Virus record (IMG/VR): IMGVR_UViG_2617270889_000001
Length of the DNA stretch: 64,000 bases
Direction: 5' to 3' (one strand)
Origin: a virus
Part shown: piece after piece, positions 28,201 through 35,897 of the stretch
Position numbering within the stretch: the first letter of the stretch is position 1
How the letters are laid out: each line of letters opens with the position of its first letter
Translations under genes and position numbers: made by a program
Notes under the pieces: model-generated
The model's database searches: none
Told to the model about the DNA's origin: nothing
What the model saw: the letters and a program-made list of their open reading frames with translations, nothing else

Positions 28201-28484
28201 CCACCAAGAAAGGTAATGTCAGACAGTGCAGAGAAAGTTTTAAGCGCCTTTGAATTGACATCAGCTAACTTTCCAATTGCGCCACCAAACTTTTGGGCAT
28301 TCTCAGTACCAAGGACAAATTGACCAATTGAAGACTCTGAAGCTTTTTGTAACCCTTTGAATCCCGCAGCTAGTGCAGCAGTACCGATGGTTAACCCTGT
28401 AAAACCAAGAGAAATATTGTTGACGGTAGCGATCGCGCCGTCATCAACTGCTTTCAATCTTAGGGTGGTAGTGGTATCTGCCAT
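22260..28484 (-). CDS. Tail tape measure protein (TP901-type core)
   Basis: 2074 aa, A/Q/L-rich helical repeats, hydrophobic central segments, core motif ...LGRFEQAASRAGTI...GLTTIQELSLGF...LAASTAVLT. Confidence 0.92.
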   Translation of the reverse strand: MADTTTTLRLKAVDDGAIATVNNISLGFTGLTIGTAALAAGFKGLQKASESSIGQFVLGTENAQKFGGAIGKLADVNSKALKTFSALSDITFLGGQALTFAKGVQDAAAVYARIPQTLDLLRSSGVSTQGIEDFYTLTDAVKGSEASLDAFAISAVQNLGRFEQAASRAGTILRSNVNFDAAGNALRANQQEQLQNAFQVQDIVNKQLNNTVSSTNALTGQYEVLSSGFTKAADSQQVLTNGLKLVGIGQAGGSSADPGETLRLLTKTLNAYQLSAGESGKAAAILNSIVESGLTTIQELSLGFGQTATSAKTAGIGLTDLAASTAVLTTQGVNTATALTGVQRIAGTIIQKTPEAQKALDKLSLNGQKIRFDQAEIQAKGFTQALIDLNKAAGGNAKVLQDIFPEEVAFRTVLALLAQDGQKLSSTLQSVNSASASSLDEVFKIATGDRISKFQQIANKFQELIIKIAASVAPVFEPGIDVLEKIANFFSGLPEPVKQAVGQFIVFQITTRATASAVTILFQTMLTLASTYLQVRAISLLLSGQLGKELAVIKELIVQRKGLVAVALQLFGIDQRFRLGVEATTGALEKQNIVTKAAAAVRNKAGEVFNKNIAGFTGLDTKGAAEQGKKAVADRVSRLPLGEVAQSAKNVGLGIAEAVGAFAPPQILGADGKPFASGLGRIKQEADIVGKAVASSFENIKSIDAGATVAIAYENVKQGATKATGAIAAQATVLASATTATATHTVVLTADELAERGLAQTRIFGRNVLFGTTGPLGAINTLLTTEISLKTINTGLTRGLATAQGLLSGSSGLLANVLKGGVVGSLNLLKGGFGVAGNAISGLLGTLGPLGPLLALGAAAIAIFREDLFGLRKAANEAATGLGEVLKQDTDLFKQFGTEKRLLQFKAEIVPDASATQVESRLEQLRLSGDLTTGQFNQLRETLARVGDQGQLTTKGLEEFKSQLEAIRQGATGTPEKGFGDRVGEFFGGIPGTIGSSIDLAANSLAAFTTNPTVFTDPAGAVSKTGQNRESDRLIQNFSQTGIALDVVGEQSLATAEKINQYRSALGLTSETNEKLRKGTKLTADDLERENQIFNAQKARNENLISGIEKNIAEQKKVSEGIKDPELKATFDDRIKLLETERQTLEKRNEALKAGREEFTKYYTETLPGLKRAITESSNLGQALGNAQANFGQQFKLDAQGKATPFLKDISTLRNEATQLQSQVLESYQGGLFEQLAGPTQDGKPLFAPTGAAEAEVIKRLRAVRDDKIKLPDGTEGFRLSQSDRLAATGQISEIAQSNSKQISEELKVGAERVKLQQQQRVISTEDAEKEIAKIQLQGIRETLIQKEIEIKEYAQFPVRKAQLEREAAAIRVQIEQTVTAEDNRQLEKRRGLRQEAFNIEIEQIKARQSERQITERDAQTQISQIQIKASRDRLNNLVQDFNKSGQTSVELSNKIAIARSQLRQQEAAEVERLLNLEQERQKRIIANTTQLQTLTLQRQSSGVDSQSKDIEQRSQLLNSANQLQGVLNQATESGLQNQLKFTGDLEKRAAIETQIAENKVKNLAVTQQQEQVSLATQTQINKLNLERETIQLRIQKIENQRQLAELNLELIRANRDKRSPEEIKAIELQIQGAQQQSDLLQEQGDRLERSKVQQSQIAENSQKELNIKQGIAQTDAQIELTLTRRREVQAGIEKQVKDIELASQRINLAGQIQIQQSEAVSKAYDQQKSVLQATQTFVKGRVDFVTGELQIASELSKNDRQRKDIAQLIAAIKIQSLERQLTIEGQVLDLNLAQQAAQLEQEKIRNRVSQAQSKAGIAQAQSDLAKAQLDPNATPQSIEAAQLNLQAKVEEAISTKFAGRLLDQQGKIQSTLGGLEKQSFNERSLLQRDQAQVEFAQSLNPREGRRLLRDIRDRSLSRALGVGRDEVGSTGEAFVAATKSRFLGEGTLEPLQQFRADRVANRINPETPSLQLQFPDFEKFRQDQLSRFQEFGYKLPQKLSSQDLNTLGQAGIIEAVNKLNTLVEQKLSTPTEANVPVSIVNNFNGDDAKKAATQTVTDIRKELYDLGVLIQRS

Positions 28485-28490
28485 AGGATA

Positions 28491-28602
28491 AGGCAGGAGG
28501 CAGAAGGCAGGAGGCAGAAGGTTTATCCTGTTGCGCTGGAATAGGTGGCAATTGGAAGTATTTGCTACTCCCTTCTGCCCTCTGCCCTCTGCCCTCTGCC
28601 TT
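28491..28602. repeat. STRR-type heptamer inverted array (AGGCAGA/TCTGCCC), hairpin upstream of the tape measure
   Basis: ggcaggaggcagaaggcaggaggcagaagg ... ccttctgccctctgccctctgccctctgcct. Confidence 0.75.
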
Positions 28603-28665
28603 TATTCCACTACAGTTTAGCTAGTGGTTGTATAAAGCACTAGAGGCTAGTCAATATTGTCATAT

Positions 28666-28842
28666 TTAAGATCCACTTTCGACCAATTCATAGAGAAGCG
28701 ATCGCACTTTTTCTTGCCACTCTGGAATCGCTTGAATTTTTTCTAAAACAGATGGTTCAATTCTCAAGCTCAGTTTTGCGTCTCTGGGTTCTGCTCTGTC
28801 TGTAGTAAATTTTCCTTGATTATTTCGTATTTTTTGCATCAT
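28666..28842 (-). CDS. 58-aa ribbon-helix-helix-like regulator (absent from ORF track)
   Basis: MMQKIRNNQGKFTTDRAEPRDAKLSLRIEPSVLEKIQAIPEWQEKVRSLLYELVESGS; strong RBS GGAGGTGA. Confidence 0.65.
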   Translation of the reverse strand: MMQKIRNNQGKFTTDRAEPRDAKLSLRIEPSVLEKIQAIPEWQEKVRSLLYELVESGS

Positions 28843-28946
28843 TCACCTCCAATTACCTCTATTGTATGTCAGAACCACGTCCCCGTGGTATAGAGTCTTT
28901 TGATGGTAAATGGTTAAAAATACAAAATTATTTATGCAAAACTCTC

Positions 28947-28980
28947 TTTACATCCATGTCCCCACGGATTATAATGGATG
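28947..28980 (+). promoter_or_regulatory. Near-consensus sigma70 promoter overlapped by an inverted repeat
   Basis: TTTACA (28947-28952)-17 bp-TATAAT (28970-28975); CATCCAT (28951-28957)/ATGGATG (28974-28980). Confidence 0.65.
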
Positions 28981-29024
28981 CATGAGGGAAAAAGTTACAC
29001 CCTCGAAATTAAGGAGGTGAGTAA

Positions 29025-29219
29025 ATGAGTCAATCAGGAAATGGAAAAAAAGAAGATGTTAAGCCGTCGGACATTGATATCTTCGAGAAGGTTGAAAACG
29101 AAAACCCATTAACCGAAGACCAAAGGTGGTTCAAAGAGAACCTTGGTACAGGTGAACGGGAAATCGAGATCAACCCACCTGAGCTAGATGGTTCCGAGGA
29201 TGAACCTCAAGAAGGCTAA
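29025..29219 (+). CDS. 64-aa highly acidic moron protein
   Basis: RBS AAGGAGGT; 19 D/E versus 7 K/R. Confidence 0.7.
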   Translation: MSQSGNGKKEDVKPSDIDIFEKVENENPLTEDQRWFKENLGTGEREIEINPPELDGSEDEPQEG

Positions 29220-29227
29220 TCCATAGT

Positions 29228-29345
29228 GAGGCAGCGCGGTCTTCTCCCAAAGGGAGAGGCTAACGCCTTTCCTTCGGAACGCTACGCGAACGCGGAGCGT
29301 CTCGTAGAGAAGGGGGTTTCCCCCAGGAGTGACTGCCGAACCACG
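29228..29345. repeat. Composite GC-rich small dispersed repeats
   Basis: gcggtctt, ccttcggaacg and ggggtttcccc pieces shared with elements at 9121, 38776 and about 61950. Confidence 0.55.
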
Positions 29346-29353
29346 AAGTGGAG

Positions 29354-29379
29354 AAAACCCCTACCCCAATAGGGGTTTT
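29354..29379 (+). terminator. Intrinsic terminator-like hairpin
   Basis: AAAACCCCT-8nt-AGGGGTTTT. Confidence 0.55.
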
Positions 29380-29413
29380 CAATGCTTTACCCATTTTATC
29401 AAATTCAGCGAGT

Positions 29414-29725
29414 ATGAATGATTGCACTATTGTTTATCCAAGCTACTTCCGAATTTTTGAATGCAGAGTAGGGCGCTGGTTCATTAAAGATACAGAAATT
29501 TTCATAGGGACTGAAAACCCAATCAAAGATAATGATATTGCTGCGCTTTATGGCGTTACCGAGCAAGAGGTGGTTATCAACCTGTTCCGTGTCAATGGCG
29601 GGAAATCCGGTTTTTATCTCGCAAATTTGAAGGATAAAGGATATTACTACTGTGGGCAAAACAGGGAAGACCTAAAAGCCAAGCTGCGAACGCTTGGCAT
29701 TGGGCGCGAAGATCCGATCTCCTAA
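29414..29725 (+). CDS. Cyanobacterial hypothetical protein; start revised to ATG 29414
   Basis: VVINLFRVNGGKSGFYLANL...YYYCG; the upstream in-frame extension runs through the terminator hairpin. Confidence 0.6.
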   Translation: MNDCTIVYPSYFRIFECRVGRWFIKDTEIFIGTENPIKDNDIAALYGVTEQEVVINLFRVNGGKSGFYLANLKDKGYYYCGQNREDLKAKLRTLGIGREDPIS

Positions 29726-29726
29726 A

Positions 29727-29909
29727 CTACCGCTTGTATTGCTGTTCTATTTCTTTGTCTTTTTTTAGTACGCCTTCCAGTTGCCTTGCGGCATCATCTG
29801 CTGGTTGGCGTTTTAAGTATTCGCACCCCATAAACATCACAAGTAGGGCGATCGCCGCACCCAGCGCTACCCATTGTTTTTTAGAAATATTTTTTAGGTC
29901 AAAATTCAT
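29727..29909 (-). CDS. Small membrane protein/possible lipoprotein
   Basis: Basic N-terminus, hydrophobic helix, MFMGC lipobox-like motif. Confidence 0.6.
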   Translation of the reverse strand: MNFDLKNISKKQWVALGAAIALLVMFMGCEYLKRQPADDAARQLEGVLKKDKEIEQQYKR

Positions 29910-30120
29910 ACTAGTCAGTTATGTACTGGGTTTATTATTCCCACACTGATATCACTTTTAGTATTTCTTCGGCTTGCAATGCAGGCATATAGCTACTTCT
30001 AAAACAAAATATAAATTCCCGCCTGTTCCCAATATTTCGGAGACCCTGCAAAAATTGCCTGACGGTACTTTCAAGCATTTTTGCTTTTCGCTTCGGAGAC
30101 CCTCAAAACAAGGTTTCATG

Positions 30121-31752
30121 TTAACTAAACAATTTATGCAATTCTTCCATCTCAGAATTAGTCTCAGCTTGCAATGCCGTAGCCGCGTCTTGCGGCACTC
30201 CTCCCAATTCCATTGGGTTCGTTAGGGCAATAATTACGGCTTCCGAGTCTGGGCTTCTCCCTAATCTGGATTTGGTTTTATCCTTGGGTTCACAGAAGAT
30301 TTCATCTTTGGTATTCGTACTATATCTTGTAGCAGTCAAATCTTGGAATACATACTCTTCATTTTCCAGAGGAGCGATCGCTATTCTCCCACCCATCAAT
30401 AGTTCTCGAAACTGCCAGTACAACTCTGCCTTGAGGTTAGTAAATTTCTGCTTTGGTTCCTCTTTTTGTTTTTTCTTCTTGTAGCTGGGGACATCCCCAA
30501 AACGACAAGGCAAGGCTTGATACCCGGTTTTTTTGAGTTTAGCGAGTGTCCCAGCGCCAACTCCGGTATTATCCACAGCAATTGAGTAACCAGTACCAAG
30601 TAGCTTAATTTGACTTGCTGCAATATCGGCGGCGCGTTCTGTGTCGAGTAAGTCTCCCTTGGTGGGGTGGATTTGCACTTCGTACAATACTGGCCCGCGT
30701 AGCAGTGCCAAAGCGTGAGGATCGCCGCCGTCGCCAACATCTAAGCCTAATCTCCAAGGGTAACGCTTGGCGATCGCATCCCAATATTGTGGATTTTGAT
30801 CGTAGAGCGATCGCGCTTGTTTGAGTAGGGTGAGTAGGATGATGCCGTCTGCTGCATCTTCTGCGTATTCACCCATCACCCGCCCTTTCCAATATGCTGA
30901 AGTTTCAAACTTCTCTCGCCGGACTCGTTCTATCCAATCAATTGAGATTGCGCCGGGGATGCGATCGCGCGGGAATTCTGGCGGCCACTCTTGCTGTGGT
31001 TTAATTTCTCCATCTTCATTGATGATATGTTCGGCTACTTCAGGTTTTAATCTGTAAACGCCATCAGCACACAGTTCATAGGCCCACGAAACATTAGGGT
31101 GACTGAACGCAGAAACAGTCAGGCAACGCTTATCTAGTTTACAAGTCTTAGCAAATTGCGACTGCGGATCTACTGGGTTCCCTATCCTCAATCCCCTATT
31201 ATCTGAGCCAGTCAAACAAGCAATAAACCCGTTATCAATCTGTGGTGTTATCCCGTCCGCTTCATCCTCAATCAGCAATTGCTTTTGTCTATGCTGACCC
31301 TGAAAGGAATTCTCTGAATAATCACGACTAGTTATGCCAAATGCGTACACAGTCTCAGAAAACAGCAGTTGCATAATGTCGCATCTACCGCCCAATTTGG
31401 TTTTGTGCAAACCGTGAATTTTTCGCAACTCTGCCCACAGTATCCACTTAACCTGATCTTCACTAGGTGCAGTAGTAATTGCCACACCGCCCACGCAAAA
31501 CAGGAAATAGATTACAAGTAATGAAGCGATAAAGCTTTTCCCGGTTCCGTGTGCTGCTTTGACATTGGTGATAGGGCGATCGCGTACTGATTCAGCTATT
31601 ATTGTTTGCTCGTTAGTTAGCTCAATACCCAGTTCGTTTTTAAAAAAACCTACCGGATCGTCAGCGTACTGGGGAAAGGGGATAGGACGCGAACCACCAT
31701 GAACTAGTGCGGCATATTTAGATGACGAGGTTTTAAGTTTGGCTAGTCCCAT
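30121..31752 (-). CDS. terL: Terminase large subunit
   Basis: Walker A AAHGTGKS, Walker B LLIEDEA, coupling motif IGNP, nuclease LGLDVGDGGD, C-terminal RSPD. Confidence 0.93.
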   Translation of the reverse strand: MGLAKLKTSSSKYAALVHGGSRPIPFPQYADDPVGFFKNELGIELTNEQTIIAESVRDRPITNVKAAHGTGKSFIASLLVIYFLFCVGGVAITTAPSEDQVKWILWAELRKIHGLHKTKLGGRCDIMQLLFSETVYAFGITSRDYSENSFQGQHRQKQLLIEDEADGITPQIDNGFIACLTGSDNRGLRIGNPVDPQSQFAKTCKLDKRCLTVSAFSHPNVSWAYELCADGVYRLKPEVAEHIINEDGEIKPQQEWPPEFPRDRIPGAISIDWIERVRREKFETSAYWKGRVMGEYAEDAADGIILLTLLKQARSLYDQNPQYWDAIAKRYPWRLGLDVGDGGDPHALALLRGPVLYEVQIHPTKGDLLDTERAADIAASQIKLLGTGYSIAVDNTGVGAGTLAKLKKTGYQALPCRFGDVPSYKKKKQKEEPKQKFTNLKAELYWQFRELLMGGRIAIAPLENEEYVFQDLTATRYSTNTKDEIFCEPKDKTKSRLGRSPDSEAVIIALTNPMELGGVPQDAATALQAETNSEMEELHKLFS

Positions 31753-32316
31753 CTATCCAAAAGGATTGGAAATATCCAGCCTAGTAATAACACAGTCTTC
31801 TTCGTAAGTTCTTAAAAATTCCCATGCTTGCTTGTTCCATCTAGCATCAGCAAGTGCGTTGTGTTCGCCTTTGTCTTGTTTTGGTAATTCTGGATCGCCT
31901 AGCTGTTTACACCATTGCTTGATGTCGTTGGCGTACATTGGGAACCCTTTGGGAAGGTCAATCATTGCCCCAAATAACTGACAGAAGGCCACCCAATCGT
32001 AATCAGCATAGTATCCCCAAAATTCTGGCTTCCACCCTTCCTCAAAATGTGGCTCTTTGGGATACCAGCTTAGAAACCTGACAATACTGGTAGCGATCGC
32101 CTGTCTTGTTTTCCATCGATCGCTACCAGTGCAAGTTAAAAAGTCGCCTTCTAAGTGAGGGAGAACGTTTGCTTTAACCCAATTACTTGCTCGACTGAAA
32201 TCACATTCAGCATTTTGAAAATATAGCTCACGCCCATCTTCGGCAACTATGCCAATTGAAATAAGCTCTATTGTACGACCATCTTCAATAAATTCTGTAT
32301 CTAGCCAGTAGTGCAT
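31753..32316 (-). CDS. DEDD 3'-5' exoribonuclease (Rv2179c/RNase AS-like phage family)
   Basis: WLDTEFIEDG, YYADYDWV, HNALADARW. Confidence 0.85.
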   Translation of the reverse strand: MHYWLDTEFIEDGRTIELISIGIVAEDGRELYFQNAECDFSRASNWVKANVLPHLEGDFLTCTGSDRWKTRQAIATSIVRFLSWYPKEPHFEEGWKPEFWGYYADYDWVAFCQLFGAMIDLPKGFPMYANDIKQWCKQLGDPELPKQDKGEHNALADARWNKQAWEFLRTYEEDCVITRLDISNPFG

Positions 32317-32360
32317 AAAATTATTAAGGTTATGTGATTTATAAGCGATCGCCTACTAAT

Positions 32361-32576
32361 TTAGATGATGATTTCTTGAGCAAAAGCAAAAGGAACATAC
32401 GCAATACCTCTTGAGGATTGTGCCATCAATCCTTGTTGAACCAATTGTGAAACGTCCACAGCATACTGCTTTGGTATACCGTCCACAACTTCCACAACAT
32501 CAAAAACCTGCTCTACAAAATTGTTAAACCACATTTGATAGCGTTCTGTATCTGGTTGTGTGATTTTAATTTGCAT
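32361..32576 (-). CDS. 71-aa hypothetical protein flanked by a 17-bp direct repeat
   Basis: AAGCGATCGCCTACTAA at 32343-32359 and 32579-32595. Confidence 0.65.
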   Translation of the reverse strand: MQIKITQPDTERYQMWFNNFVEQVFDVVEVVDGIPKQYAVDVSQLVQQGLMAQSSRGIAYVPFAFAQEIII

Positions 32577-32606
32577 AAAAGCGATCGCCTACTAACTATC
32601 ACAATC

Positions 32607-33200
32607 TTAATCTGGTTTACCAATCGTTCTCAACTCTTCTTCCATCCTCCCTATACCCTCACCAATTACTCTTGCTTGCTCTGGTGTTGCTACACCTTCA
32701 GCCAACAATAATTGCACCGCATCAAGTACAGGAATATCTTTAGGATACAACCGTAGTCGCTTCATTAATTTTTCTAACGCTGACAATTTATCATGCATCG
32801 TTACCGTTGTTGTGGTGGTAACTCCGTCTTTACTTAAAGTTTTGGATACTGTAATACTTTTTACCGAAGCCTTGGCGCGATCGCCCCACTCCTCAGACTT
32901 CTTGATTTTTATGTTATCGCCATCGTACTCTAAGATATCAGTGATCCTTGAAAGGGCGATCGCTGCTACCTCAGCAATAATTTTTACCTCAGACAGTCCC
33001 GCAATTTCCCCTAGATAGGCTTGTATCTTAGTGTTTCTTAGTAGCGCACAAGCGCTTGCAGCAGCGGAGTTATCGTTTTTGACATTGTATCCTGCTCTGA
33101 TATATGCACGAGTTTTATTGAGGTCTTTGACGTACTCGTGACAAAACCTCAGTTGCAAGTCTGTTAATTCTTGTGGGTTAGTTTTCTTATCCCCAGGCAT
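32607..33200 (-). CDS. terS: Terminase small subunit
   Basis: LTDLQLRFCHEYVKDLNKTRAYIRAGY...LLRNTKIQAYL and TMHDKLSALEKL, Terminase_2-like. Confidence 0.9.
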   Translation of the reverse strand: MPGDKKTNPQELTDLQLRFCHEYVKDLNKTRAYIRAGYNVKNDNSAAASACALLRNTKIQAYLGEIAGLSEVKIIAEVAAIALSRITDILEYDGDNIKIKKSEEWGDRAKASVKSITVSKTLSKDGVTTTTTVTMHDKLSALEKLMKRLRLYPKDIPVLDAVQLLLAEGVATPEQARVIGEGIGRMEEELRTIGKPD

Positions 33201-33301
33201 TGATCAATAAGGGCGAAGTAATCTAACTTTAACCTGAGACGCTATGCCAGTGAATGAGTAAACACCCCAATTAGGTAATGATTTGGTAGGGAATTTAATT
33301 T

Positions 33302-33658
33302 ATGGCTAGTTGGTCAACAATCGACAGGGAAAGTGAGTTCTATTCAATCTTTGGTGAGGAAAGAATACCTATACTTTCTATAGTTCCAATCATCCCAAGA
33401 GTTGCAGGATCGCCGCCGTGCTACGTAGTATTAGGGCGTGAACTACCGCCACACATGGTAGAACAGCTAGCCATTAAATTGTTTGATGTGTGGCGACCAG
33501 AATGTGAGTCATTGCAAATGGCGACTGACTACATATTGAAAGGACTGCCATTAAAAACCAGTCATTTTAATGGGTGCGGGACGGATGATTATTTTCAAAT
33601 GCAGATGGGAACAGCTTTAAACGCTGCAATCCATTTTGCTTACAGCGATCGCCCATAA
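33302..33658 (+). CDS. Hypothetical protein (rightward three-gene insert)
   Basis: 118-aa ORF; HIP1 pair at its 3' junction. Confidence 0.6.
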   Translation: MASWSTIDRESEFYSIFGEERIPILSIVPIIPRVAGSPPCYVVLGRELPPHMVEQLAIKLFDVWRPECESLQMATDYILKGLPLKTSHFNGCGTDDYFQMQMGTALNAAIHFAYSDRP

Positions 33659-33684
33659 CAAGCGATCGCCATAAACAACGAACA

Positions 33685-33897
33685 ATGCAAACCACAAAAT
33701 TACAAAGATTTTTGCTTGGTGTTGATCTTATTAGGCGTTACGAGGTAGACGCAGAAATAGGGGTTAATCACGGATTTATTAACATTGGTAGTTACGAGAT
33801 TTGCTACTCGAAGATGCCAGACCATGAATGCGCCTTAATGAAGCAGTGGGGATGGGTTGAAGGTAACGGGGGTTGGTCATTTTACACTGTGGATTAG
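33685..33897 (+). CDS. Hypothetical protein
   Basis: 70-aa ORF ending WGWVEGNGGWSFY. Confidence 0.6.
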   Translation: MQTTKLQRFLLGVDLIRRYEVDAEIGVNHGFINIGSYEICYSKMPDHECALMKQWGWVEGNGGWSFYTVD

Positions 33898-33999
33898 GAA
33901 GCGTAGGCGCTCGATCGCTCACTACCGCAACGCTCACGTCAACTCCTATCTCTTGCTCAAGTATTGGTATAGTTAGTCTGTTGTGTTCAAGCATCTAGT

Positions 34000-34551
34000 A
34001 TGGCAGAAGAAGGAGTATGGGTAGTTTCTTGGACGACTCCAGAGTTTGAGCCAATTGTTAGGGTTTCCAAAAACGATCAGGAAGTTTCACTATCTTCGTT
34101 TGCAGCTACCCAACACGCGATCGCTATTTTTAATGCTGCTGCTTACGCCGAATCAGAAGTGGCGCTATTTAAGGCTTTAGTCCCAAATGTGCCTAAAGGA
34201 TTTGGTAAGCCTAGCAAAGATGTACAAATGGCATTGATGATGCTAAAAATGCTACGAGATAAACGGGAACCTTTGCCTAGTAATATTAGCGGTATTTTTG
34301 GATTTAATACTCAAAAACCTTTAGTAGAGATTGATTACGGAAAGTTTAAATTACAGTATGAATTAGATGAAGTCAGGTTTCACGCTGCATCACTACTAGA
34401 AGCAGCAGAAGCGGCGAGGTTTGATGCCTTCTGGTTTAAGTTTGGCAACCAAGAGTTAGGATTAGAAGAATTAGAAATACTTGGCATTGTTCAAAAGTAT
34501 CGTCTTTACAAACAGAAATACTCAATTGAAGCAATGTTCAAAAAGTCTTAA
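34000..34551 (+). CDS. Hypothetical protein
   Basis: 183-aa ORF with an internal repeat-like AxxHAxxLxxAAxxA segment. Confidence 0.65.
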   Translation: MAEEGVWVVSWTTPEFEPIVRVSKNDQEVSLSSFAATQHAIAIFNAAAYAESEVALFKALVPNVPKGFGKPSKDVQMALMMLKMLRDKREPLPSNISGIFGFNTQKPLVEIDYGKFKLQYELDEVRFHAASLLEAAEAARFDAFWFKFGNQELGLEELEILGIVQKYRLYKQKYSIEAMFKKS

Positions 34552-34584
34552 GCGATCGCTTGTTATGGGCGATCGCCCGTCAAC

Positions 34585-34971
34585 TTATTCTGCTGGAGGA
34601 TCGTCTCTGGTATCTCCGGCCGCAGTAAGAAAAGCGTCTAGGTGAACTACGTTCTCTTTCTTGGCCACATTCAGCGATGGCGTAACACCACCCGCTGCGT
34701 AGGTTGTGGCGTTGCCTGCAAAAGCGTAAATCAGAGAGCTAAGAGTAATAGTAGCCTCAGTATCCGACTCTAGTATTGAATAGGGTAATACTACGCGGAA
34801 TAGTACTTTATTAGCAGTCCCCCCACCATCTAAGGTGACAGGGGTGTAAATATCAACAATAAAACTTTCATCTGTACCATCGGCGATCGCGGCTGTTAAG
34901 GGCAAGCTTTTTGCTGTTTTGGGCGCATTGGTCAACCTGTTGAAAGTTTCAGTTTTCGTCATCGTCGTCAC
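34585..34971 (-). CDS. Tail-region hypothetical protein
   Basis: Overlaps the end of the chaperone GT ORF; T/A-rich. Confidence 0.6.
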   Translation of the reverse strand: MTTMTKTETFNRLTNAPKTAKSLPLTAAIADGTDESFIVDIYTPVTLDGGGTANKVLFRVVLPYSILESDTEATITLSSLIYAFAGNATTYAAGGVTPSLNVAKKENVVHLDAFLTAAGDTRDDPPAE

Positions 34972-35212
34972 TCCACATAAAGTCTTTTACGTTCACCGTC
35001 TTTTGTTCGCCAGTGGCTGACTGGAATACTAAAGTTTGTTTACTGTGTTCTTTCAGCCATTTTTGAGCTTGTTCGCGCTCGTATTCTTCCTCTCGTTCCT
35101 TGGGGTCGCGGCGTAGTTCTACAGTTTGTTCCAAAAGGTCGTTGAGGAATTGGACGGGGAAGGATTCAACTAGATACGGAACTAACCCGCCTTTACCGTA
35201 AGCCTCAATCAA
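34949..35212 (-). CDS. Tail assembly chaperone T portion (likely expressed as a -1 frameshift fusion)
   Basis: The -1 frame is open from the slippery site at 35365 through this ORF (...GNLEVDLFALLIEAYGK...). Confidence 0.65.
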   Translation of the reverse strand: MIEAYGKGGLVPYLVESFPVQFLNDLLEQTVELRRDPKEREEEYEREQAQKWLKEHSKQTLVFQSATGEQKTVNVKDFMWSDDDDEN

Positions 35213-35226
35213 TAAAGCAAATAAAT

Positions 35227-35787
35227 CTACTTCGAGATTGCCGGAACTTCTGACACTGGCTCTGCTTGAATCTGCTCTAGCGTTTGTTCTAATTTTGCCA
35301 TTCGCACCTTGCGGCTTTCGTCCTCCCTCTCCCGTACCAGACGGAACAGGGTTGCCGAAAAATTTATATCGTGAATCTTGGCGATAAGGGAAGGGTCGTT
35401 GACCAGATTGCCGTTTGCGTCTTTTTCTCGCTCTAGATTATCTTTGATGTTTTCCGAAAAAAATATCCTGCCAAGTTGAGCTAAATCTGAAGAGTTGGCG
35501 ATCGCCTCTATATCAAATCCTGGCTCAGGTTGTCCAACTACCGGAAGGATGGCCGCGAGTTTAACCATATTCTCCCATGTGGACTTATTAACCAAGAGGT
35601 GGGCTAATCGCCCGTCATGCTCTACAAAATCTCGTAGTAGCTTTTCTTGATAATGGATAACTTCAGATAGTCCGCCCTTTTTGCTTTTAAATGGGGCGGG
35701 GCGAACTGTTATCTTTTTGCTGGGGTCGCCGTTTTCATTCCAGTAAATAACTTCAAATTCTGGGTATTCACGTTTGACATTGGTCAT
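35227..35787 (-). CDS. Tail assembly chaperone G
   Basis: Directly downstream of the tail tube; contains A AAT TTT slippery heptamer. Confidence 0.7.
   Translation of the reverse strand: MTNVKREYPEFEVIYWNENGDPSKKITVRPAPFKSKKGGLSEVIHYQEKLLRDFVEHDGRLAHLLVNKSTWENMVKLAAILPVVGQPEPGFDIEAIANSSDLAQLGRIFFSENIKDNLEREKDANGNLVNDPSLIAKIHDINFSATLFRLVREREDESRKVRMAKLEQTLEQIQAEPVSEVPAISK
35359..35365 (-). other. Programmed -1 ribosomal frameshift site A AAT TTT
   Basis: In-frame X XXY YYZ heptamer (codons ATA AAT TTT); no stop in the -1 frame until 34949. Confidence 0.6.
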
Positions 35788-35819
35788 TGGTCATTGGTCA
35801 TTAGTCATTGGTCATTGGT
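35780..35819. repeat. STRR2-type heptamer array (TTGGTCA)n
   Basis: ttggtca x5-6; overlaps the chaperone start codon. Confidence 0.8.
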
Positions 35820-35897
35820 TGACTGATAATTGCAAAAACGCCCGATTAGTTTACTAATGTATGCGAGTATAACTAATGTTTTTATACCTAACTTTGC

